64,000 nt of DNA from Tubulanus polymorphus (taxonomy: Eukaryota > Animalia > Nemertea), in assembly GCF_964204645.1 (NCBI RefSeq), contig NC_134028.1, positions 9,238,001 to 9,302,000 of the forward strand, given 5' to 3'. Each line of letters opens with the position of its first letter. Position 1 is the first letter of the stretch. Below the pieces are notes generated by a model. That model was not told where the DNA came from and did no database searches. It saw only the letters and a program-made list of their open reading frames with translations. Below are positions 12,790 to 22,823 of this stretch, piece after piece. Both the position numbers and the translations under genes were made by a program.

Positions 12790-13400
12790 TTATTTTATAA
12801 ATTTATATTCATAGGGAAATTGTAATCTCAGTAATAATTTTGAACCTTTATTATTCTTTAATTTATTCATATATTCATCATGTAATTCAGTAGGTATAAT
12901 TTGATTTTCTTCCAATGATTGTTGCATAGATTTTTTATCTTTGTTATAAAATTAAACTAGAAATCTTATATTCTCCCTAAAGTCTTTAACAATTGAATTA
13001 TATTTTTGATTTAAAACCCATGTTGTTATCCCAAAATTTCTCCCAGAGAAAGCTAAGTAACATAACTCACTTTCTCTCACTTTATAATCATATAAATTTG
13101 CGTAATCATCTACAATGAATAATGTATTTGATCCTTTATAGATATCAATTGCTATTTTAATACAATTATCTAAATTTTCTTTTACTGTTTTAGGATTTAA
13201 TATAATAAACTTTTTTATCTTAACTATGTCTCTATTATATGTTTTATTCATTTCATAAGTAGGAAAAATAATATTATATTATCAAAATGATTCTTATAAA
13301 TAGTTTCTAACAAATCTAATATGAAATGTGTTTTACCACAATTGGTTACTCCAGTTATTAACATATTATGCGGTTCAAATATAAATAAATCTTTATTCAT
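12790..13400 (-). pseudogene. A32/FtsK-HerA-type genome packaging ATPase, disrupted
   Basis: MNKDLFIFEPHNMLITGVTNCGKT (Walker A), TLFIVDD (Walker B), SGRNFGITTWVLNQKY..I.K.FREN; frameshift ~13265, stop at 12952. Confidence 0.9.
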
Positions 13401-14484
13401 TTATTCTTTTAATTTTACTAGATAAAATCCATTCATTAAAATTATCATCATATCCTTTATATTTCACCAAAGAATACTTTTTTCCTTTAAGAGTTTTTGT
13501 TTTCAATACGTTTTCTATTTTGTATTCTATTTCATCTGGATTTGGTACTAGTGATAATTCTTGTTCATAGAAATAACCTAATATTTCTTCATCTTTTAGA
13601 TCTTCTAATTTATAAACAAAAGGTTTAGTTAATATTATCTTTTTAATTTTAAATATTTCTCCTGTAAAATTAGGGGTATAACCTTTATAAAATGTTTTTC
13701 TATATTTAGATATTCTTACGTGTTGTCCTATTTCAAATTTAGGTTCTCCAAAATCATGTGTAACAAACGCACCATATAAATTATTCCAAACTATTTCCGA
13801 ATTATCTTCTTTTCTAGCTTGTTTAGGTTTCATATTTATAGAACTATGTTTAGAATTATCATAACCTTTCACTAAATCATCTAATACATCGATATATTTA
13901 TATGTTTCATTAGCAGTAAAATATTTCCACATTCTAGTTTTCAATGTTTTATTAAACCTTTCTATAATAGATGCTTTTTTATCTGAGTGTGTTGAAAAAT
14001 AATCTACATTGTTATCCGATAATAGTTTTTTAAAATGTTTGTTATAAAATTCCTTACCTTCATCAAATTGTATCTTATCTGGAATAGCTTCTTTAAATAT
14101 ATTCTTAAAAGCATTTGTTACTTCTATACCAGTTTTATTTTTGATTGGAATTGACCATGCGTATCTACTGAATATGTCTATAACATTTAATATCCAGAAA
14201 TATCCTTCATTGTATTCTTCTAAGTTCTTCATGTCAATTAAATCTGCTTGCCATTGTTGACGGATATATGAAACCATAACTTTTCTTGCTAAATAGTTTT
14301 TATCCATTTTCTCGTGGATTTGATATGTTGGTTGATTTTGTAACCATGATTTCAATTCACTATATTTTATATCACCATTTTCATTATCAGATTTCATTTT
14401 ATTCCATAATTCTGAAACGTTAAAATATGATACTTCACTCTCTGGGTTATAATATAACTCTCTTGAATATTGTTCTTTTTTCAT
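13393..14484 (-). CDS. Retroviral-type (rve, DDE) integrase with C-terminal chromodomain
   Basis: WQADLIDM, IDIFSRYAW, IQFDEGKEF, IIERFNKTLK; chromodomain YKIENVL..LVKYKGYDDNFNEWI; ORF intact; 6-bp TSD fits. Confidence 0.95.
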   Translation of the reverse strand: MKKEQYSRELYYNPESEVSYFNVSELWNKMKSDNENGDIKYSELKSWLQNQPTYQIHEKMDKNYLARKVMVSYIRQQWQADLIDMKNLEEYNEGYFWILNVIDIFSRYAWSIPIKNKTGIEVTNAFKNIFKEAIPDKIQFDEGKEFYNKHFKKLLSDNNVDYFSTHSDKKASIIERFNKTLKTRMWKYFTANETYKYIDVLDDLVKGYDNSKHSSINMKPKQARKEDNSEIVWNNLYGAFVTHDFGEPKFEIGQHVRISKYRKTFYKGYTPNFTGEIFKIKKIILTKPFVYKLEDLKDEEILGYFYEQELSLVPNPDEIEYKIENVLKTKTLKGKKYSLVKYKGYDDNFNEWILSSKIKRINE

Positions 14485-14490
14485 TCTATT

Positions 14491-14889
14491 TTAATCCATT
14501 AATAATAATTTAGATTTAGTTTCAATGGCTTTATGATTTGACTTATTTTCTGGTATAATAGGTTTATTGTCTGTACACGGATAACTAAGTTTCCGATCAT
14601 CATTGGAATCATCTTTATCATCAGATTTGAATTTTGATTTATATATTACACCAGATAATATAATAACTGTTACTAATCCAATTGTAATATATAAGTAAAT
14701 ATTGCTTCCAGCATTAGAAGAATTAGATGGATTATTATTTGAATCAATATCAGATAAAGTCTGTGACTCATTTATATCAGTTAATTTCTTTTTCTTAGCT
14801 TTTTTTAATTCTGAAGATCTTTTACCTAATTCTCTTGCCCATTTAATTTGTTTCTCGGATCTAGCCTTTTTCTTAACTCCATCACTCAT
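14491..14889 (-). CDS. Basic N-terminus single-TM protein, 132 aa
   Basis: Intact ORF, TAAATG start, TM IYLYITIGLVTVIILSGVIY. Confidence 0.65.
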   Translation of the reverse strand: MSDGVKKKARSEKQIKWARELGKRSSELKKAKKKKLTDINESQTLSDIDSNNNPSNSSNAGSNIYLYITIGLVTVIILSGVIYKSKFKSDDKDDSNDDRKLSYPCTDNKPIIPENKSNHKAIETKSKLLLMD

Positions 14890-15493
14890 TTATTTTAGTT
14901 AATTTTTGTTCTGATTCATTTTCTGTTTCGACGACGTTTGGTTGTAGTACATCTGTTTCGTTCTTACCTGATTTATATTCCATAGGATTGATATTCGAAA
15001 ATGTTATGACACCAGTAGAAATTAATGTCATAACCGATCCTAATTGAAATGAAGCATAACCAACCCATTTTTGTAATTCAGTCATAACTAAGTAGTCATT
15101 TTTCAAATCACTATATAATTTATTTTCATCATTAATTGGTATTAACTGGTTACATAATTTTGAATAACATTTGATAATACCATCACTTATAGAGTCGTTT
15201 ATTCTAGCTAATCTAGCTTCTTCATAAATCTTAAAATATTTTATTACTTTGTCTGGTTTCATAGCATCTAATTCTTGAAAAGTAATAATTCTATTTAAAA
15301 ACTCTTTAGATTTTCCACCAGCAATTAATAATTCAAGATGGTGTTTACAATATAAGTAGTATTCATAATCTATATTGTTATTAACTTGAATATTATTTTC
15401 AATTTTGGTTGGAATATCCTTATTATCACTAATGCCCAAATCATCTAATGTCTTTTCAATATCAATACTATTCTTACTCGATTTCTTTGACAT
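14882..15493 (-). CDS. Polinton hypothetical protein, 203 aa
   Basis: Intact ORF, TAAATG start, overlaps the next gene start. Confidence 0.7.
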   Translation of the reverse strand: MSKKSSKNSIDIEKTLDDLGISDNKDIPTKIENNIQVNNNIDYEYYLYCKHHLELLIAGGKSKEFLNRIITFQELDAMKPDKVIKYFKIYEEARLARINDSISDGIIKCYSKLCNQLIPINDENKLYSDLKNDYLVMTELQKWVGYASFQLGSVMTLISTGVITFSNINPMEYKSGKNETDVLQPNVVETENESEQKLTKINE

Positions 15494-15853
15494 TTATATT
15501 AGAGAAATTTAATAAGAAAAATATTATAAGTATTATAAAATGATACCAGTATCTCTTTAGATTAATACTAGCTTAGTAAAAGGTAAAGAATTTTAGTATT
15601 AGTTATTGTTTTTTAAGTAATTTTTATTTGTGATGTAAAGTATTCTTTTTGAAAAGAAAATATTAAAAAAACAATAACTAATACTAGCTAGTTGAAGATA
15701 TGTAATTTTTAATATATTTTATTTGAATTCTATTTGATATCTCACTACTTTTGTTTATCTATTAGGAGCAGTAATTATAACTGTCCAGATAAGTCATTTC
15801 GGATCCTTGATATCAAATTCCTCAACGTATTGTTCATTATTTGGATCATTGTA

Positions 15854-16009
15854 TCATTGATCAATAAATTTCTTTGCCTTTGTTAACTGTTCTAAATATA
15901 ACTGTAAATCAAGTTTATTAGATTTAATTATGTTTTCCTTCTTTTCTAAAGGTCTTAAATTTTTCCAATTCCAAACAAGTTTTTTATTGTATTCATCATT
16001 CCTTTCCAT
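15854..16009 (-). CDS. 51-aa ORF resembling the C-terminal part of large-DNA-virus HNH/endonuclease VII-like proteins
   Basis: MERNDEYNKKLVWNWKNLRPLEKKENIIKSNK; TAAATG start; below the ORF-track length cutoff. Confidence 0.45.
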   Translation of the reverse strand: MERNDEYNKKLVWNWKNLRPLEKKENIIKSNKLDLQLYLEQLTKAKKFIDQ

Positions 16010-16216
16010 TTATAAATCAAATTTTTATTAAAATTGATTAACATTTTAGAATCCTCGTCCATTTCTTCGACTAACGTCATCCTTTTTTATTCCTCGCTGC
16101 TTTTGATAAGTCATTTCGGATCCTCGATAATGAATCCTCAACTGAAAATCAATTCAACGAAACGACTGGTGGAATTACTATTTCATAAACACATATATTT
16201 ATTATGTAAATTTTAG

Positions 16217-16560
16217 CGATCGATAATAGAACAATGGAGAACAATAGAAAAGCGGTCCAATCGGACCGGTTATTGCGCAATACACAGTTATATTTTTATT
16301 CTGTAAACTACAACATTCAAACATAGAACTGTAACCAATCAATATTGAGCAGCTGTTTCCGTCAACAACGATCAATAATAGAACAATGGAGAACAATAGA
16401 AAAGCGGTCCAATCGTACCGGTTATTGCGCAATACTTAGTTAACAGTAAACAATCAATACAGAACAACCGCCGACATTAACAACGATCAATAATAGAACA
16501 ATGGAGAACAATAGAAAAGCGGTCCAATCGGACCGGTTATTGCGCAATACACAGTTAACA
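16217..16560 (+). repeat. Three copies of a ~75-bp unit inside the Polinton, candidate enhancer
   Basis: Unit core AGAACAATGGAGAACAATAGAAAAGCGGTCCAATCGGACCGGTTATTGCGCAATAC; units start at ~16217, ~16365, ~16480. Confidence 0.85.
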
Positions 16561-16638
16561 GTAATCAATACAATATTAAAACAGATACATACAATCGAGA
16601 TTACATTTTTTGATATCTAAGACCTTCAGTGTTATAAT

Positions 16639-17107
16639 TTATAATTTTGTCCAGAATTCTTTAATTACTGGATTGTTTCCAATCATTTCTTCAATTTCTG
16701 GTAAATATCCGATTACTTCACTAAATGCTAATCCTAATATTTTGAATTTTTCATATTTTATTAATCTACCTACTCTTCTCAGTTTTCTTTCAAAACCGGC
16801 ACTGATATCTCCACTCGTTTTCTTAGTTTTCGATTCTTTGAGTCCCAACAGCAATTTAAAGTCGCGTTGCTGGTAATTTTGGTAATTGTAGTTCGCGCGG
16901 TAATTGTTTATTATGTATTATATCACTCAGAATTTTCACCATTTCTTGATGATAGTCCAAAAGTTCTTGTAATTTTTGTGAAGTTTGTTCGTTAATTACG
17001 AGAGTTTCATCCTCCATTTCTATTGATTCCTGAGTTTCACTATCCAGCAGCAATCGTTCCTCACCCGTTGGTTGGCTTAGAATTTCTGGTTGATCTTTGT
17101 GTTCCAT
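16639..17107 (-). pseudogene. Hypothetical protein(s), probably one frameshifted gene
   Basis: Abutting ORFs 16856-17107 and 16639-16854; TAAAATG start at 17107. Confidence 0.45.
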
Positions 17108-17721
17108 TTTAATCTAAAAGACGTCGTGAAAATGAATTACTGTACTTAAATATGTTTAAAGGTTTCCCTACTTCATAATAACTACAAAAACGGTACTTAC
17201 ATTTAGATTTAGAACTGTAAACTGTGTTTTGAGAGAGAATATCCAATACGTACTATGTATGTGAAAGTTGATTTCTAACTGCCGACGTGGAGCACGTTCG
17301 ACCAAACTAATTATTTCTGCACGTTTGCCTGGATTGTAACAGATGTTCTTTATGATGAAGTTTATTAATTCTTTAGAATTGAAAACACGATATATTTGGC
17401 AACATATGTTTTAGTAGTAAACAAGAGCTATGTATTATATACATACAAAGCTCAAATAGAATTGCCAGCTTTCTAACCACTGATTAAAACCTCAGAATGC
17501 GGTTGATTCTGTGAAATACTATTCCATAATTCAACAAAGTTTTACAGCAATATTGAAAACCATCTTTGCTAATCTTACGCTAACTAAATTCTGTTAATGC
17601 TAATTTATCTAATTCACATTTAGAACAATTCTTGTAGTATATGTTTATGACGCCGGTGTTATTTGTAATATTGATAGTTTGTGGTTGTTCTGATTCCATT
17701 TATTATACATATTTTTTTACT

Positions 17722-18083
17722 AAATTGATTTTAGAAGTTCAATGATTTATATCATGTATTATTTCAATCACACTTTACTAACACTTTTAATGTTTAAAAA
17801 TCTAACTCATACAAATATAAATATTGAAATAATGTTTAAAATATATCTATATATCTATTCTATAAGAGCTCACACTTTTATATTGAATAATCTGTCAATT
17901 TAAATGTTATTCATGTATATGATTATTTTAAGAGTAATAGGGGTAATAGGCTTTCATAACAAAGGTTGAAGGGGCGAGTGAGTAAAAATAAAAAATAAAT
18001 TCGAGTGTGCGAGAATTTATTTTTTATTTTTTACTTTCTCCACCTCTCGACCTTTGGTATGAAAGCCTATTACCCCATTTACT
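17722..18083 (-). repeat. Right terminal inverted repeat of the Polinton
   Basis: Reverse complement of 360-715. Confidence 0.95.
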
Positions 18084-18177
18084 TATAATCTTAACCTGCG
18101 TAACTTATTGTTTGCCTATGCTTTCACAAACATTGAAAGTACGTATATTTGCCAACGGTTTTTTAATACAACTCGGT

Positions 18178-18799
18178 TAGGCCATACCAAAAGAAAACCC
18201 TGTTTCTCGGGCCCAACTGACACGATATTTCGTTGTTTCATATAATCATTTTTAGAATAGAATATAATTGCCTACCAACCCTTTTTCAAAATTTTGGGTG
18301 AAATAACTTTTTTCGAAAATATATAAGTGGCCGCCGACCGACTACCAAACTCATCATTTATTTCTTCTTTTTAATCAGATCTTCGAAGTCGGCACTTAGA
18401 TCAACATCATAGAAATATTAATATTCTAATACATCGAATTTAACAATTTGATTCTGGAACTGGTGCAGTCATGCTGAGACAACTCTGCTAATCGGGTATT
18501 TGATGGCGACCTTGGATTGTAGAATTCCAGGAATTTCGTGAAATATGTTCAAAATATAGATTTTTTTTTATAATGTACAAACAACTCAATTTCCAATTAT
18601 GATTGTGGTCTACTAGCTGTAAATCATATTCCTGACTAAAGATTTTGGTCCAGTAAAAGGTATTAACGGCGACCTTCCCCCATTTTCAAAAGTATACCCA
18701 ATTTTATTTTCTATTAAAAGAAAATAGTAATGCCTACCTATCTACCCACTTTGGTGATTGCCCTGCCCGAGAAACAGGATTCCATTTTGGTGTGGCCTA
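18178..18799. mobile_element. Non-autonomous DNA transposon (MITE)
   Basis: TAGGCCATACCAAAA..CCTGTTTCTCGGG and CCCGAGAAACAGG..TTTTGGTGTGGCCTA inverted ends; no clear TSD. Confidence 0.6.
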
Positions 18800-18918
18800 C
18801 CTGACAGTTTATGAAAATTAGCACAGACAATCGCGAGCGTTCCAAATCGATAAGTAAAAAATTCTATGACACTGTGTGGAACGGATTCTATACATTTTGT
18901 TGAGGTCCGCTATTGAAC

Positions 18919-19803
18919 ATGGACGATGCGGCGTATGCCTCCGCGTTGGACGCTTTCATGTTTTATCGTGGTGGACAAGCAGAGATGCAGAAACGTCTTT
19001 CGGACGCGTTACGGACTTGTTTCCACCAGGAAGGAAATGGACTGCGGGTTCTATCGATCGGGCCGGCGCGAGGTCATGCGTTGGAAGATGCAATATACAC
19101 AGTAGGTGAATATCTTAAGTTTGAGCGCGTGGACTGCGTGGAATGCAACAGTGCTATGATTGCTGAATTGAAAGAACGTATTGGTTTACTAGCTGCAAAC
19201 TATCGTTTTGATTTCACCGTTTATCATCGAAAATTCTCAGTCGAGGACGCGACCGCGGCTTCCTTCCTACCGAGTAACTTCTACGATTTAATCGTGTTCA
19301 ACCACGTGATGTATTATTTCGACGATCCTGGTCGTGTGATACACGAAGCCGTCTGTCGACTTACTCGAAATGGTGGCCACGCGTATGTATGTCTCAACGT
19401 CGTAAATACAGTCGGGAAGATGTGCGGCGAAATCGATCGTATTTTGCCAATGAGAGGAGAGAGGAAGGCGAAAGCCCCACGCCATCGTTGGAATCCGTTT
19501 GATATGCGAAAGATTCTGATCGATGCAAAAATGCGAATAGTTTTGGATTCTACCGATGAATATGGAATTGCATTACACAACGCTTTGAGACCAGCTCGAC
19601 CCTGTATCAGTGAACAGGATAGAGAAATGCGGAGACTCGCTGATTGCGTTTTATCATTTTACGCTCAAAGAGATGTCAGTGAATTAGCCGAGGAAGAACG
19701 CGCTCATATACAGAATGTCATCCGTCGACACACATATGAAACGTACGGGTTTTCTTTTGATAAACAAATAGTCGAAAGTTATTTGGTAGCTATTAGAGAA
19801 TGA
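18919..19803 (+). CDS. SAM-dependent methyltransferase, histamine N-methyltransferase-like, single exon
   Basis: Motif I LRVLSIGPARG, VDCVE, YDLIVFNHVMYYFDD, LTRNGG. Confidence 0.8.
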   Translation: MDDAAYASALDAFMFYRGGQAEMQKRLSDALRTCFHQEGNGLRVLSIGPARGHALEDAIYTVGEYLKFERVDCVECNSAMIAELKERIGLLAANYRFDFTVYHRKFSVEDATAASFLPSNFYDLIVFNHVMYYFDDPGRVIHEAVCRLTRNGGHAYVCLNVVNTVGKMCGEIDRILPMRGERKAKAPRHRWNPFDMRKILIDAKMRIVLDSTDEYGIALHNALRPARPCISEQDREMRRLADCVLSFYAQRDVSELAEEERAHIQNVIRRHTYETYGFSFDKQIVESYLVAIRE

Positions 19804-21385
19804 AATTGAAAATAATTATGTAAACAAACGCGAATTAGAAGAAATATATATTAACTGAATTTCTTTTAATAGCTTTCCCTTAAAATTCTTATTAGTTACA
19901 TATTCTGATAAGTTTTGATTATATATTGATAGATTTTTCTCACAGAGATGTCATAAGTTTACATACTCAAAATAATTAACATACACTATTCTAAATATTC
20001 TTTAATTGTTTTTTGTCAGGACTCTCTGGTTTTATTCAATTTCCACATCAGATTTTTCTATTTCTTCTCTCCTTCACTTTGACCAGTAGAATAGCCGTTA
20101 CTACTCCAATGAAGAAACCAAACACAGTATCTAACACAGACTTGCGATCAGGAATTCAGTGACCACAAATCCAAAATTCTATAGACGAAATGTACCTGCA
20201 GATTTTCTCGTTTGATGGCGCTCAGGTGCGGATCCAGGGGTGATTGCTTTGGATGTTAGAGTACTCCCCCTAGATTCAAGCTTTTAGTGGGCGTTATTTT
20301 GCTTACTGTACGTCGACACGGTTAATTCTTTGAACATGATATCCTCACAAGTCGTTGGATCCGCTATAATATAAATCCAAAGGCTTATAAGTCTCACATC
20401 ACTCAAAATGTCTTAAAATTATGCAAAAAATACACAAGTTTTATCAGCAACCAGTCAGCTGTTTCTAGCGTTGTTGCTAGATTTGTGTTTTTGGTAAACG
20501 TAAGACATATAGACCAAATATTTGTTAGTCTCTTACGGGATATTTCAATGATATCCCGTATTACTTGTAGTTAAGAAATGATTCAAAAAAAACTTTTTAT
20601 TCTATTCTGTTTCCATTTCTTATTCTATTTCGTGTTATAAGTTATGAGATTTTATTAGATAAGTTTTATATACCATAGTTTGGTTAGATAGAAATAAACT
20701 ATTCTTTTCTCAGATACGTAGGAACGACTGTGTGTCGATGTTTAGTCAGTAAATTAACCCTTACTAAAAGCAGGAAGCGAAAGAATTTCATTGCAAATGA
20801 CCGAGAAATAATGGATTTAGGTTCTGACTGGCGCCACCAAACGAGAATAATTCAGAACTTAAATTTGTAGATATCCCGTTATAGTTGTAGAACCACATTA
20901 GAGAACCACTTTAGGGCGCTATCGGCGACGCTTTACAATGTCACTGACTCGAGATACAGGGGGCGCGAGCTATGCGAAGTAAACTATGTTATATCTTTTA
21001 TTATTCTATTCTGTGTACATTTCCCGTTTTGTAAATTAGGAATTTTTATCGAATAAATCTCATTATGTACCATAGTTTGGATAGAGAGAAAAGATAAACA
21101 TAGAAACGACTGCGACGACACTGAAGCTGTTGAAACTGCCACAATTTAAAGCAATAATCTCTCGTTATCTACGCTTACTAAAAAAGAAAAAAGTCAAGTG
21201 GCACCCATGTGAAAAGTTGTTCCAGGCCAAATTAAGCGCGGGCTCAATTTGGCTCGGGCCAAAAACGCTCATGTGTCATCGAAGTTACTATCAAAGCGTA
21301 TCAAAACCATCGAAATTATACGGAAAACAGACTAACACAGTGCGCAAAACCAACCTCTCTGCGGCTTGTACGCCTCAACTTACCT

Positions 21386-22641
21386 AAACTAGGGGTCCAG
21401 GGACACCATGCCCACTTGGGAAGTGGTTTAAAATGCTCAACAATCTAGCAATTTTAATATTCAACGCCCCCTGGTGACTATATAAAAAAAACAATGACCT
21501 TGAAACCCACCACAATCATAGAACATGTCAGCGGCTACAATTTTGTAATCGATTGTGATAACAAAATATGCCTCGTTACCAATTCAATATGGAAATACTA
21601 AGTAACTTTACTATTCATCGCCCCCTGGTGACATCCAAAACCCAATGATCTTGAAACTCTCCACATTCATAGAACATGTCATGAACTACAACTTTGCAAT
21701 TGATCATGATAACAAAATATGCCTAGGTACCAATCTAATAAGGAAATACTAAGTTATTCTACTATTCAACGCCCCCTGGTGACCATATAGAATAACTAAT
21801 GTCCTTAAAACTCACCACAATCATAGACGATGTCATAAGCTACAACTTTCCATTGATTGTGGTAACAAAATATACATAGGTACAAATATAATATAGAAAT
21901 ACTAAGTTATTGTATCATTCAACGCCCCTGGTGGCCATATACAAAAACCAATGACCTTGAAACTCACACGTTATGGGCTACAACTTTCCTTATTGATTGT
22001 AGTAACACAATATGCTTAGGTATCAATATAATGTGGAAAAACTTTTTCCCACCTACCAATGAGTACTGATGACACCAAGATGACCGCCAATTGCGTCATA
22101 ATTGGCTGATCAAATATACCTGTCTCAGGTATAAAACATCCCTTTCCAATGAATACCCACCACAAATTGCAATGAGAAATGGCAAACTAGTAGGAAGCTA
22201 CAGGACCCAGAATTCCGGCCAAAATTGACATTTTTGGGCACTAAAAAGGTCATAGGACGACCATCTTGAGTCCGATCGACCCAATTTTTTCTTATGCTGA
22301 TGGGCCCTTTGGGGATTAAAATATATATTAAAGATCAAGGTAATTAATCAAAGCGTCTTCAAAATTTCCCTCAAAAACTTCAAAAATGTGTAAAAAGTGC
22401 TGATTTTGGCGAACAACAATGGCTGCCAGTCGGCCATCTTGATTCTGACAGGGCCAGTTTTTGGGCTGAAGATGTGTCTAGGGTAGATACATGTGTAACC
22501 CAAATATCAAGACATTACATTGAAGCGTCATCAAAACTTCCCAAAATAACTGGATTCCGTCTACGGACGGAAGAACGGACGGACGACGGACGAAAAGTGA
22601 ACGCAATAGCCCGCTGGGACTAAAGTCCCAAGTGGGCTAAA
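21386..22641 (+). mobile_element. Helentron/DINE-like non-autonomous element with internal ~155-bp tandem repeats
   Basis: Starts AAACTAG; about four diverged core repeats (CAACGCCCCCTGGTGAC..GCTACAAC) at 21450-22040; GGAC microsatellite, hairpin TGGGACTAAAGTCCCA and GCTAAAA end; pieces of the 3' part recur at 23650-23897, 24340-24414 and 25297-25544. Confidence 0.6.
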
Positions 22642-22823
22642 AAGCGACAAAAAACGTATTTGGTAATTAAGAAGAATTGATGTATATTTTATTCTCGTAA
22701 AGAAAGAAAGGTGTATACATGTACGTATATACTAGTGGCGATTGACAATAATAGTTTATACATAAGACTAAAATGTTGATGCGATGAAACATGTAAATAT
22801 ACGGCAGCAGAGTACATTTGATC

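Larger units (their letters stand above)
360..18083. mobile_element. Full-length Polinton/Maverick (adintovirus-like endogenous virus), decaying
   Basis: Starts AGTAATAGGGG at 360 and ends CCCCATTTACT at 18083; identical 6-bp TSD TATAAT at 354-359 and 18084-18089; long TIRs; pPolB, rve integrase, packaging ATPase and capsid-like genes; sharp shift to very high AT content. Confidence 0.97.

Noticed and set aside
738-13400. Stop-codon reassignment (TAA read-through) to explain the in-frame TAAs
   Set aside because: Frameshifts occur alongside the stops and TAA also ends intact genes; mutational decay in AT-rich DNA is simpler
16217-16560. Repeat-spacer pattern resembling a CRISPR array
   Set aside because: Units are ~75 bp, only three copies, spacers are partly related, no cas genes, eukaryotic context
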